This document shows positions 1-11,441 of a stretch of DNA of 64,000 bases, piece by piece. The stretch is from the NCBI GenBank assembly GCA_963782915.1, contig CAWALK010000025.1, forward strand, positions 1-64,000, in the 5' to 3' direction. The notes under the pieces were generated by a model. It searched no databases. It was not told the origin of the DNA and was given only the letters and a program-made list of their open reading frames with translations. Source of the stretch: an uncultured archaeon. GTDB lineage: Archaea > Thermoproteota > Bathyarchaeia > Bathyarchaeales > Bathycorpusculaceae. The position numbers and the translations under genes are program-made. Positions within the stretch are counted from its first letter, which is position 1; each line of letters starts with the position of its first letter.

Positions 1-47
1 CGCTTGTATCGGGAATACTTTTGACCTATGGAGCGCGCGCAGTTAAG

Positions 48-167
48 ATGTCATTTGAACGTTTTCACTGCCCTATTTGCGGAAAGGAATTTCAAGACCC
101 CGACCAACTAAGAGAACATCGCATGGCAGACCATAAGGGGCAATCAAGAAAGAACCCCTCAGTATAA
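48..167 (+). CDS. C2H2 zinc-finger microprotein (39 aa)
   Basis: Manual translation MSFERFHCPICGKEFQDPDQLREHRMADHKGQSRKNPSV; F-x-C-x2-C-x3-F-x5-L-x2-H-x4-H pattern; not in the ORF track. Confidence 0.75.
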   Translation: MSFERFHCPICGKEFQDPDQLREHRMADHKGQSRKNPSV

Positions 168-495
168 AGCAAAAGCAAGGGTGGCTTCAAAAATTAGAAA
201 GCCTGTCAACTTAAGATACAACCAGTTGGTTATTGTCCAAATCGCTCACCAAATGACGCGTTTAGGACTGGTTTGTGGGTTCATTGGGTAGTCACATTTC
301 TTTTTCTATGAGCCAAGTGTAGTATGCATTGCTTAAGCTGAGACAGTTGGGCTAATCTGCTGGTAGATCAGAAGGCAAACATTTCTCTCCCTCTCTCTTC
401 CAAAATTTTTCAAGCCTTCGGGTCAAAACCACTTGGCAAGTCAGCTTAACCTAACTTTTCAAATGCAAATTTGGTAGATATTAACTGGCGCCTTT

Positions 496-699
496 TTGTC
501 TGTGGTTGCATGGCTGCAGCAACATAGCCTTTTAGGAAACCAACTTATCGTTTTACTAAAAAAGTGCAACTATACAGTCCAATGCCCCAATTGTGGAAAA
601 GAACTCTCAAAACCGAACAGAAGAATAGAGAACGCTGCCTTTTGCTTAGCGCTCTATAATTGCCCACGATGCGGCAATTCCTTCAAGAAATTTTGTTAA
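496..699 (+). CDS. small zinc-ribbon protein (start uncertain)
   Basis: CPNC...CPRC motifs. Confidence 0.45.
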   Translation: MSVVAWLQQHSLLGNQLIVLLKKCNYTVQCPNCGKELSKPNRRIENAAFCLALYNCPRCGNSFKKFC

Positions 700-1103
700 C
701 ACCTAACCTACAATTACCCTGAAGAGCAGGCTTATTTTTTCAAAAATCTTTTAATTAATCATATTATCTATAAGGTTGAGTTATCGATTATACGGAGCTA
801 ATGTTGTGTTCTAAAAGACCTTGCTGCCTTAAAGCAATATTATGAGCTCAAACTTTGACTTTTTTTCCTCAGACTCCACAATAAATGTAGGGCTTGTGCC
901 CAGCAGTCACTTTGATATGAACAAGTTCATCACAATAATCAGCATAAGCAATCGCTCCTCCTATTGGTTAGAACTTGTTTTAACACTTACCCCTCAGGTA
1001 TACCAAGACAATTGTGACCCAGTTGCAAGTTGTAGTCCATTTATGCAACAACACAGATTTAACTAATATTTTATAGCTTTGTGCTGAATATAGAGTTGGA
1101 AAA

Positions 1104-1400
1104 ATGGTATCTGCAGTAGTATTAGTAAACACTAATTTGGACGCCCAAGATAACGTTTTACAAAAACTAAAATTGATCGACGGCGTAGAAGAAGCCCATA
1201 CCCTACATGGGGTCTATGACTTCTTTGTAAAAATCAATGCTTCATCTATAGAGGACCTGAAGAACATTACTAGATTTCAAATAAAGCAAGTATCCGGTAT
1301 AACAAGCTCTTTAACGCTTTTAATAGATGAAAACACCCATAACATCCGGAGTAACTTGGATTTTACAGTTCCTCAAATGCCTAATTTACCCAGTTACTAA
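1104..1400 (+). CDS. Lrp/AsnC ligand-binding (RAM) domain protein
   Basis: AVVLVN...IDGVEEAHTLHGVYDFFVKI...SGITSSLTL pattern; no HTH. Confidence 0.8.
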   Translation: MVSAVVLVNTNLDAQDNVLQKLKLIDGVEEAHTLHGVYDFFVKINASSIEDLKNITRFQIKQVSGITSSLTLLIDENTHNIRSNLDFTVPQMPNLPSY

Positions 1401-1948
1401 CGTATTTGTCATTGTCTGGTTTTTTATAGGATCAAAATGATATTCAAATGAGCTTACAAGAGATTTTTTTGCTAAATTATTTTTAGGAGTTGATATACTG
1501 TATGTTTGGTTATATAGAACCTAATTACTCGATTTGCTATGACTGCGCTGTTGAATTCAAAACCGCAAATAGGACTGATAGTGCGCCACCGTTTTGTTGC
1601 AATAAATGCTCTGCAAAAAGAGAATATCTGATAGTGTAACTTTCTTTTTTTTGATGCTGTAACATCTATGAAAGTTGCTGAGTCAGTCATTCTTTACGAT
1701 TATTTTTTTTTGAATTTAGATGATTAAGGCTCGGCTTAGCTGTGGGTAAACAACTAATTGAAACTGGCGGCAAGGCGCTTTTCTATAGTTACGCTTTTTA
1801 GGTTTAAGAATTAGCTGCTAAAACAACAGTTTGGTGCTATGGAGAGACCAGTGAAAGTTAAACTGAGGCTTTTTGGTTTTTCGAACTGTTCGACTGTAAC
1901 CTTGGATTCTGAACAATCAATTTGAAGGCCCTATGGAAAGGGGAAAAC

Positions 1949-2240
1949 CTATGGATGTTCTGAGAGTTTTGTTTCTTGTCGAGGCTTGTATATTATGAAT
2001 GTATCTGGTTCTTTGATTTTGATGGTAAGATGATACTTTGATAATACGTCTTGCATGCAGTTTCTTGTTATTTCATCAAGGGCTGTTTTAATTAGAATTT
2101 GGTAGCCACCACTCATTAAAGAAGCGGCGTCAGGAGGCATTAAAGACAACCATTGCCCATCTAATGATGTGCATTTTTCAAAAAGTTCTTTTAAAACTAA
2201 AATTGCTTCTTCACGCTTAAAAAAAACCCTAATAAAATTG
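1949..2240 (-). CDS. hypothetical protein (5' end probably frameshifted, start approximate)
   Basis: Reading frame continues upstream of the called start (KREEAILVLKELFEKCTSLDGQWL). Confidence 0.4.
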
Positions 2241-2346
2241 AGATTACCTCACTTAAAAAGGTGTTAACCTTATTTATTTTGATATTTGCTGGTGCTGATG
2301 AGGCTTGCAAATGGAATAATTTTTTGATTTGTAGGTCATTTAACGT

Positions 2347-4660
2347 TTAGCTTTTTGGGGGCGGCAAACGTATAATGAAAGTCGTGCCCTTTCCCTCTTG
2401 GCTTTCAAAAGTTACTGTGCCGCCAAGCGATTCAGTCATACGCTTAACAACTGGCAAACCGAAGCCTTGACCCTTAGATTTGGTTGTAAACATAACGGCA
2501 AACATTTTACTTTGCACTTCTTGAGGGATGCCAACACCGGTGTCCTTGACAGTTATGACTGTCTCGTTTGCTTTCCTGTATGCCTGAATAGTTAGGTTAC
2601 CTCCGTTAGGCATTGCTTGGACAGAATTAGTGACCAGATTGTATAAAATCCGGTTAAGGTAGTAAGAGTCTACTTCAATCTTTTTTGCGTTATCATCAAT
2701 CGTTATATTGACTTTGACATTATCTGGCAATCCACTCTTTGAAATTAATCTCTCAAAAACTAATTTTAGGTCGCTTTCTTCTGCTTTGGGATTGAGAGGT
2801 CTGGCATAATCTTGTAGGTCCTGCACAATTTTGTTTATGTAATCAACGTTCTTTTCAATTTCTTCAATGCTTTCCATCGCATGTTTTTTTCCTTCGGCAT
2901 CTGGACCCTCGGCTAATTCTTCTTTAGCCAAAAATAAATCACTAATTATAGCCTGCAAAGGATTACGAATATCATGCCCAACCATCCCGGCAGTAGCGCC
3001 TATAGCTGCTAAACGTTCTGAATCCTTAAGTTTTGATAAGCGCTCTTCAGCAAGCGCTTCCATTTGCGAAGCATATTCTTCTACTTCTAAAGCCTTCTCT
3101 TCAAGCTTTACCTGCAACCTCTCTACTTGCTCAGCTCTTTCACGAGCAACTTCTTCGGCAAGAGTTTTAGACAAAGCCAGTGCCAAATGGTCGGCGATTC
3201 TTCCCATAATTGGATCATTTCAAGGGTAAACATGTTTTTACGTTTGTCATTTAGTTGAAGCAGTCCCAACGTGCTGTTTCCGACATGCAGAGCAATCAAC
3301 GCTACGGATTCATAGCCCTCGCCGTTACAGCGGTTGCGAGTGTGGGCTTGCCGGTCAGCCTCAGTGGTGCTCACAAGAAGGCTTGTTGTATCATTTGTCC
3401 AAAAACTTCCTTTTTGAGTAAAAAACTCCTTTGATGCATCAAATCTTCCGCAAATAATATTTCCACACATGCACTCTAAGATAGGGTCGCCTTTAAAGTC
3501 TCTAAGTAGGCAACCTTGATCATCTTTAGCGCATAGTTTGTTTTCTAACTCTACATGCTCAGCTGTGAACCCTCGTGTCTCATAGTACCGGTAGTCATCC
3601 CCATCTTTTAGTCTAATACCGACAGCTTCGCAGCCTGTGAGTTTCTTCATCAAATTAAGTGTCTGACTCACCAATTGAACGGTTCCTGTAGAATTATTGG
3701 CAATTTGCAGAAAATCGATAATTACTCCACGTTCGAATTCACTTTTCTTGCGCTCAACAATTTCTTGTTCTAGCCTTTGGTTTATCTGCTTCAACTCGAC
3801 GGCATCATTAGATAGCTTTGTTTCACTTTGTTTTAGGTTGCGAAATAGAAGATCATAGGGTTTGCTAAAACCAGTTTCAACCAAGGCCTTATAGATCAAA
3901 TAGAATGAGACGATGTTTAACAAATGCCCAACCATGTTAGCTATCCCATAAACGTCAGTGTACAGCGTGAATGCCATTTCAGTTGCAATGCCTAACGCCA
4001 TAGCTGCTAACAATAACTTGAAAACATTATCGCTAAATTCACGTTTATTTTTTATCAACAAACCAATGGAGATAACGAAAATCAGGGAAATGATGTACTC
4101 ACTTACTATCTTAAATGCGGTCAAACCGCTCCCATCTGTGTAGGCTTGCGGAAAAATCCCCAAATAGAAAATCGAAAGAATCAAAAAGACGGTAACCACA
4201 AAATATGCTATGGAAACTATCCTTGTCTTTATTTTACGGTTTATAATCAACAGGGGAATTAGCAACGAAAGGCTAAAGACGTATCTTGTGGCAACCCAGA
4301 GTTGAGTAGCCAAATTAGCACCAACATCTGGAAAAACCCCCATTCCCCTGTAAGCCAAGGTGTGAAGTAAATCAAGAACTCCAACGAAGAGAAACGCTAT
4401 CCCGATGAAAGCTGATACTTATTATCCATTATGTGCCGGCTATTCCATGCGACGGTAAAGATGGCTATGGCAATTACTATGGTGAAGACTTCTACTGTAC
4501 CGTGAAAAAGCAGATAGTTGTATCTGCTCAGGAAATATAGACCGACCAAGCTAATAATCAGCGCTAACCCGATTAATATATTCTTAGCAGAGAAGAAGCT
4601 TGGCTTTTCTGCGGGTTTGGCGTTGGAAGCAGCGTTAAAATTCTCGGTTGTTATGGACAA
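2347..4660 (-). CDS. MASE3-GAF-HisKA-HATPase sensor histidine kinase (3 frameshifted pieces)
   Basis: YNYLLFHGTVEVF and AYRGMGVF (MASE3-like), GAF-like segment, H-box GHDIRNPL, N-box NLVTNSVQAM, DTGVG, GQGFGL. Confidence 0.88.
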
Positions 4661-4806
4661 ATGTCAAATTCTCTCCCGGGAATTGCAATTAATGGAACGG
4701 GAGAGTTTTTTAAGTTTTTCTCTATCAGGATTCATAAAGTAGGGTACTGGTGCCATTTGACGTAAACGTGCTGTTCGAAAGTATGCTTTTCTTCGTATGT
4801 TAGACC

Positions 4807-6599
4807 TTATTTGTAGGTCCATTTACCGTTTAGCACTTTGGGGGGGGGGAAACGCATAATAAAAATTGTGCCTTTGCCCTCTTCGCTCTCAAAGCTAACA
4901 GTTCCCCCTAAACCCTCTGTCATGCGTTTAACCACAGCTAAACCGAACCCTTGTCCCTTAGATTTGGTTGTCATCATCGGAGTAAATAGCTTAGGCTTGA
5001 TGTTCTCAGGGATGCCGACTCCTGTGTCCTTAACCGTTATCAAAACATTATCCGTAGCCTCATCGGCATACGCCTGAATTGTCAGTTTCCCCCCTTCCGG
5101 CATAGCTTGGACAGCATTTAACGTTAAATTGGCGAATATGCGCTTAAGATAGTCAGGGTCAGCCATGATTTTTTGCGCTTTGTCTTCTACTTCAACCGTT
5201 ACGCTGATGTTTTTCGGAATCCCATTTTTAGCCAATATTTCATTGAATAGAGATTTTATGTTTGTTTCTTGTGTCGTGGATTAAGCGGCCTAGCATAATC
5301 TTGCAGGTCGGCTACAATCTTGTTGATGTAATCTATGTTGTTTTGGATTTCGTCTAGGCTTTCGATAGCATTAGTTTTATTCTTATTTTCTGGGAGCTCT
5401 GATAGCTCGGATTAGCTAAGAAAACATCGCTAGTAATAGCCTGCAAGGGGTTGCGTATATCATGTCCAACCATGCCTGCCGTTGCACCGATGGCGGCTAA
5501 ACGTTCAGAATCTTTAAGTTGATTAGCCCTTTGCTCCGCAAGCTCTCCCATCTGACTTGCATATTCCTCGAGCTGAACAGCATTTTCTTCAAGTTTCTTC
5601 TGGGTTAACTCAAGTTGCTCTGTGCGCTGTTTCAAAGCTTCTTCAGCTTTCTTGCGCTCAGTAATATCGTCTATTGTGCCAATCAAAAGTGAAGATTGAT
5701 TATTAGATCTGGCAATCAAGCTTGTGATGAAATGAATCCAAATAATTCTACCATCTTTTCGAACATAGCGTTTTTCGATTTCATAGTGCGCTATTTTTTC
5801 TATCTAACAATTGTCGAAGGAGCGGCCATTCTAGATTTGTGTCGTCAGGATAGGTAAACTCTGTGAATTTCTTACCATTAAGTTCTTCTTTGCTATAGCC
5901 AAGCATGCGTTGAAAAGCAATATTGCTTTCAATCACACGATACTCCACAGTTTCTCCGATCGCAATGCCAAGTTCAGTCTTTTCAAAGACATCATGGAAA
6001 CGCTCTTCGCTTTCTTTTAATGCTTTTTCAGCTTTCTTGCGCTGAGAGATTTCCGCCTCTAAATTCGATGTATAGCGTTTTATATCTTCTTCCATGTGTT
6101 GGGTTAAGTCAGTTACAACCAGAAAAGTGGTCGTAACATCGTCTGCAATTAACGAGTTAATTGAAATTTGGGTAGGTACAATAGTGTTATCCTCGGCTTG
6201 AAGAGCAATCTCTTTAGCCATCACACCCTTACCCATTCTGCCTAAGGTCAGTAGCTCTTCAAAACTTGCTTGATGATTAGGAGAAATCATACTATGGATA
6301 TCGTGGCCAACTATTTTGTCCATGGGGTTCTTTACCATTTTAGCAAAGCCATTATTGCAATACAATATCGTATTATCGCTGGCGAGCATAACGGCGCCTT
6401 CTTTCATATCTTCAATAAGAAGACGATAAGGCTTCTCAGCCCCACTAATAGTGTAAACTTGTTCACCCTTTGGAGTGGAAACGACTAATCCGTCAACTTC
6501 GCCACGCCTAATGGCATCTAAGGTCGCTTCAGCATCTTCCAAACGGGCGCGAAGTTCCTCAATATCAGCGCTTGTATACGCAGTATTGTCTTTGTGCAT
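4807..6599 (-). CDS. PAS-PAS sensor histidine kinase of the kaiB-associated type (3 frameshifted pieces)
   Basis: RLEDAEATLDAIRRGEVDGLVV N-terminus, two PAS-like segments, GHDIRNPL, NAVQAM, DTGVG, GQGFGL. Confidence 0.88.
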
Positions 6600-6601
6600 T
6601 C

Positions 6602-6964
6602 TTAAGCCGACTTTTGTTCTTGTTCTTTCTTAGGGGCTACATTTAGCCCAACGAGAATCTTTTCTTTATTTGACATGTCGCCGATGAATTTTCTCAAAGG
6701 CAAAGGCAATTTTTTGATAAGCGTGGGCGCAGCAATAATTTGTTCATTCTTAGCGTATTCTGGCTGCTGAAAGACATCGATGACTTCAAGCTCATATCTA
6801 CCCTTGAGGTTTTCTTCACAAATCTTCCTGATATTTTCAATCGCTTGAATAGATTTTGGCGTCATTCCGGTAACGTATAAACGCAGAATGTACTTTTCTT
6901 GATTTTGCTCCTTTAATGCTTTCTCGAAGTCTTCTGTAACATCTGCAGGGTCCTTGTTAGTCAA
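6602..6964 (-). CDS. kaiB: KaiB family protein
   Basis: YILRLYVTGMTPKS...EVIDV...IIAAPTLIKKLPLPLRKFIGDMS; probable TTG start after GGAG. Confidence 0.93.
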   Translation of the reverse strand: MTNKDPADVTEDFEKALKEQNQEKYILRLYVTGMTPKSIQAIENIRKICEENLKGRYELEVIDVFQQPEYAKNEQIIAAPTLIKKLPLPLRKFIGDMSNKEKILVGLNVAPKKEQEQKSA

Positions 6965-6977
6965 ACTGGTTACTCTC

Positions 6978-7307
6978 CTATTGTGTGCTCTCTTTTTTAA
7001 GGGGACGCAAATCAAGTCCTACTAGTACTCTTTCAGTGTTTGAAAGGTCACCTATTATTTTTCTAATAGGCTCAGGAAGTTTTCGCACAAGTGTAGGGAT
7101 AGCTAAAATTTGGTCGCCTTGTGCCAATTGAGGATTTTTCAGAAGATCGATTACTTCTATGCTGCATTTACCTTTGAGGTGTTCTTCGCAGATTTTTTTC
7201 AGGTTAGCGAATGCTGCTAGTGATTTGGGTGTTTGACCTGCAACATAGAGCCGCAAGTTCCAGAATTCGGCCTCGTTTAGTTGTCCGATTTCATTATCAG
7301 TCGTCAT
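6978..7307 (-). CDS. kaiB: KaiB family protein
   Basis: [12 protein letters not shown]...[10 protein letters not shown]...[23 protein letters not shown]. Confidence 0.95.
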   Translation of the reverse strand: MTTDNEIGQLNEAEFWNLRLYVAGQTPKSLAAFANLKKICEEHLKGKCSIEVIDLLKNPQLAQGDQILAIPTLVRKLPEPIRKIIGDLSNTERVLVGLDLRPLKKESTQ

Positions 7308-7320
7308 GAAAGTATCATCC

Positions 7321-9031
7321 TTATGCTGTCTTTTCGTCAGCCTTTCTTTTTAATGACATTTCTTCCCGATTTTCCTTTAATATTTTTTCTTTTTGTTTCT
7401 CTTGAAGGATTAATTTTTTTATTTCCTCGGCTTTAGCTTCAAACTCTGCCTGTAGCGCTGCAATTTGGGATTCCGTTACTTTGCGTTTTCTCTCAAGTTC
7501 ACGTTGGAGCCGCTCGGTTTCTTCTTTGCGGTTTTCTTCTTCAGCTTTCTCTTTTGCTTCTTGAGCAAGTCTTGAAGACCCAGTTAGCACTCCGCGGGTC
7601 CAGTGTAAACGTCGACTATGTCTATGCCTTTGCTTGTCAGTAGGAACTCGCGTATCTGGTTTGAATGGGGCATGCCTCTGGATTTAAGAACGTAGATACC
7701 TCGGTTCCGTTCCCCTGCAATTTCAATATCTCGCACCAATATCCAGGTGTCCATGATTGAGGATACTTCCGCTTCAGTGCTTTCCAAGCTTTTGACTTGA
7801 GTTAAATTAGTGAACATAGCGGTGATTTGTTTGCTCTTTAAATGATCAATTAATCGTGTAAGCATAGATCTAACATCGGCTGATTCACCGATGCTTATCA
7901 AATTGCTTATTGGATCAACTATAACAACGCTTGGCTTAAAATCATCAATATCTCGTTGCATAGTGACAAGATGTGTTTCAAGACCATAGAGGCTTGCTCG
8001 TGCGGCATGGATTTTTAGAAGCCCTTTGTTACCCATTGCTTTAGGTTAAGACCTATGGACTGCATGTTTCGCATAATTTGTTCGGGTGATTCTTCGAATG
8101 CAAAGATAAGGCAGCGTTCTCCATTTTGGCAGGTGGAATTTGCAAAAGTTGCTGCAAGGGTACTTTTTCCTGTTCCAGCAGTTCCTGAAATCAAGATGCT
8201 GCTGCCACGGTAGAACCCTTTGCCCTCTAGCATAGCATCCAATCTGGGGATACCGCTTGAAATTCTCTCGCTTGAAACTTGATAATCCAGATTAAGCGAT
8301 GTTATGGGCATTATGGATATGCCTTTTTCGTCAATTATGAATGGGTACTCGTTTGTACCATGCATAGAGCCACGATATTTTACTACGCGCAGACGCCTGG
8401 TAGAAATTTGCCCATTTACCCGGTGGTCAAGTAAAATAACGCAGTCTGAAACATACTCTTCGAGGCCATAACGGGTTAATTCGTTGGTGCCCCTTTCAGC
8501 AGTTATTATTGCAGTTACGCCTTTGTCTTTGAGCCATCGGAAGAGTCTGCGCAATTCTGCACGCAAGATGGCTTGATTGGCTAATCCTGCAAACAACGAT
8601 TCAATGGTGTCTAATACAACTCTTTTTGCACCAATAGAATCAATAGCGAACCCTAAACGGATGAATAATCCTTCAAGATCATACTCGCCTGTTTCCTCAA
8701 TCTCGCTACGTTCAACCCTAACAAAATCAATCAGCAGCTTCTTTTCTGCAATAAGCTGGTTAACATCAAAACCTAGTGAAGCCACGTTCTTGGCTAACTC
8801 TTCGGCGGTTTCTTCAAACGCCATAAAAACGCCCGGTTCATTAAACAAGGTTGCTCCACGCACAAGGAACTCCATGGACATCAAGGTTTTGCCGCTTCCA
8901 GCGCCGCCAGCAATCAAAGTTGGACGCCCTTTTGGTAGTCCTCCAAAAGTTATGTCGTCTAATCCACGGATTCCAGAAGGAGTTTTTGCTAAAACCTGTT
9001 TAGGTGCCACAGACTTGCCCTTGTTTGACAT
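7321..9031 (-). CDS. kaiC: double-domain KaiC with C-terminal coiled coil (2 frameshifts)
   Basis: Walker A GGAGSGKT and GTAGTGKS; FEET/FEES; EEYVSDCVI; VSSIMDTWI; [14 protein letters not shown]; charged tail. Confidence 0.95.
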
Positions 9032-9094
9032 ACCTTCAAATCTGAGTATACGTACTTAAGCTTTTTTGGACTTACATGCGGGCGGTAATAGGCG

Positions 9095-9505
9095 CTACAA
9101 TTTATTTAGGATAAAATTAACCGGTTCTGCATTATAATCCCAGAATTTGCTACCAATACCAGATGGCGCAAATGGGTTTTCTTCAAAACTAACCATTGTT
9201 CCTCTGCATTTCAGTTGGATGCCCTTCAAGTCAAGTTTTGAAATTACTCGTTCGATGTTTGTTAGGTCTCCGATTAAGATTCTTTCAGGTGAAGGCTTCT
9301 TTCGAACGATTGTTGGGGTAGCCATTATCTGTTTTTCAACCGCAATTTTTGGGTTCTTTACTAAATCAATGACATTAATTACGCATTTGTTGCCCAAGTA
9401 TTGCTCGCATAGCGCTTTTAGGTTATTATAAGTTAATTCTGATTTTGGCGATTCGCCGGAAACATAAATATCGAACTCCCAAACAGGTACCGTTTGTGCC
9501 AACAC
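9095..9505 (-). CDS. kaiB: divergent KaiB family protein with C-terminal extension
   Basis: IYVSGESPKS...IDLVKNP...IMATPTIVRKKPSPERILIGDLT. Confidence 0.88.
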   Translation of the reverse strand: MLAQTVPVWEFDIYVSGESPKSELTYNNLKALCEQYLGNKCVINVIDLVKNPKIAVEKQIMATPTIVRKKPSPERILIGDLTNIERVISKLDLKGIQLKCRGTMVSFEENPFAPSGIGSKFWDYNAEPVNFILNKL

Positions 9506-9847
9506 CGATTCCTAAGGACTCTCGTACGTACCATTGCAGATAAGACTTTGCTTCCAAGGAAGCCCTTTTTTCTAATACTCTTGAAATCTACTTCGGCGAG
9601 AGAATACTATCTTCTCTTAACGCGCCCAAAATTATCTCTAATTTTATCAATTGTTTTATAGAATTTCTCCCTAGCAAAGACACTTATTTCTTGGGTAAAT
9701 TAAATGTTGAATATTCAACTTCGGATTCTGTTTACAAATATAATTTTTAGTTAAGTATTATTTAATAATAAACAATTTCCTGCATATTTGTTGGACTATT
9801 GATTAGAATTGGGGTGATTTCAGTTAAGCTTTTATTGATTATCCACT

Positions 9848-10504
9848 ATGGTCGTCCGATGCATAATAGGGGGGTTATCCATGGAGAGGCGGGGAAAAAT
9901 CGTAATAGCTATAGCCATCTTTGTTGGGTGCATTTTGCTATTCTACCCGTTAATTCTTGAAAACTCCCAAGCTGCAAAAAATCCTTATAGTTCTATCCAT
10001 TCCTTTGGACACTTAGTTTTAGCATTTGTTCCAAATTTCCTCGTTGGGTCTGTAAAAAGATGCTCTTCTAAGCATTCTGAACGCTCTAAGCAGCGGCATA
10101 AGATAAAGAGCAAAGGAATTAAAATTTCGATTTTTAAAGGAAGAGGCGCAAATAAGAATAAAGCGATATTCGAAATCTTGGATGCTAAAGGCCCACTGCC
10201 AATTAGTGATCTTCAAAAAATACTAAACAAACAAAAAGGACTCGAAATCACTTACTACGCAAGCCTCAACAAGAGGATACACGCCTTAGAAAAATGCGGT
10301 TACATAGCACAGGCACATCCAGCCGCTGTGAATCAAAGGGTTTTCAAAGCGGCGTTGTATGAGGTGCGCGCTAAATTCTATCTGGCGTGTTTTCTAAACG
10401 GTACAAGTCACGAAGAAATCCTCTGCAAAGTAACAGATGTAAATGCCACAATCATTCTTGCAGAACTAATCAACGCTACTATAAAGATCAAAGAAGAAAA
10501 TTAG
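9848..10504 (+). CDS. winged-helix DNA-binding protein (start uncertain)
   Basis: AIFEILDAKGPL...YASLNKRIHALEKCGYI wHTH-like segment. Confidence 0.55.
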   Translation: MVVRCIIGGLSMERRGKIVIAIAIFVGCILLFYPLILENSQAAKNPYSSIHSFGHLVLAFVPNFLVGSVKRCSSKHSERSKQRHKIKSKGIKISIFKGRGANKNKAIFEILDAKGPLPISDLQKILNKQKGLEITYYASLNKRIHALEKCGYIAQAHPAAVNQRVFKAALYEVRAKFYLACFLNGTSHEEILCKVTDVNATIILAELINATIKIKEEN

Positions 10505-10686
10505 ACTCAGATTCTCGTCTAGTCAAAACTGTAGAGAATTTGACTATTTGTTCCATTACAAAGTTCTCAAAGTGCTTAGTTTTGACACTTTTGAATAGTT
10601 TCCTTCGGAGGGGTCTCTAAGGAAACTCCTTCGCAACGGCACAAGTCCTTTTACTATTTGGCGCAACATACCTTTAGGTGACATGA

Positions 10687-10950
10687 TTGGTTAAACCCAA
10701 TAGTGCAACTGTTCCGGAAATCATCTCTGACCTTGCGACTGTTATAAAAAACGATATTAACGCTGTCCTAAGTGACCATGAGCAAAGGTTGCAATTGCTT
10801 GAAGGCTTGAATCTTAAAATTGAGCTTGAACTGCTACGGTCAAGAATTTTAGTGATTACTGACAAGGAAAAGCAGACGAGAGCACTGCAGGCATTCACCA
10901 AGCTATGCGATGCACTTGCAATTTCTGAATTGGAATCTACCCAGTTATAG
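10687..10950 (+). CDS. hypothetical protein
   Basis: ORF preceded by AGGTGA; helical composition. Confidence 0.5.
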   Translation: MVKPNSATVPEIISDLATVIKNDINAVLSDHEQRLQLLEGLNLKIELELLRSRILVITDKEKQTRALQAFTKLCDALAISELESTQL

Positions 10951-11153
10951 TCGGGTACTATGTGAGAGGGACTGGTAGCTTTGGCGCTTGGTCGATCTTT
11001 CAAAATTATCGGTAAGTGCTCTTATCATCGCTGGATACGCTTAGAAAAACGGGGCACGAAGACTATCGAGATCCGTGTTGGTTTGCGTGCCCCTCGGCTG
11101 GATGATTTCTGTGGCATCTGTCGCCAGCCTCGGTCACTGGTGGAGGGCGTTGA

Positions 11154-11384
11154 ATGAATTTTGGTGAAGTGCCAAGGCTGACTAAGACACAGAATTTCTT
11201 GCTTGCGATCACAGGCCAAGCGTTCCTTCACTTGCAGCAGCCAAAGGGCTATCGTTCACCGGTTGCAGTATATGTAGTAAAGTGCCCCAAGCACGGGCTA
11301 TATCTGGATACGCACCATGGATTTGATGGCTATTTTCAATGCAGGGATTGCCTCGCTGAAACTGTAAAGGAGGAGAATCGATAA
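11154..11384 (+). CDS. small putative zinc-binding protein
   Basis: CPKH...CRDC; GGAGG upstream. Confidence 0.55.
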   Translation: MNFGEVPRLTKTQNFLLAITGQAFLHLQQPKGYRSPVAVYVVKCPKHGLYLDTHHGFDGYFQCRDCLAETVKEENR

Positions 11385-11441
11385 GATGGTTAGTGGGGAG
11401 GGAAATGTCTGTGTTTTGCTTTTGAGGGCATATTTGGCGAT

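Noticed and set aside
7321-9031. Programmed frameshifting or a naturally split kaiC
   Set aside because: Similar breaks occur throughout the window, so assembly error is the simpler explanation.
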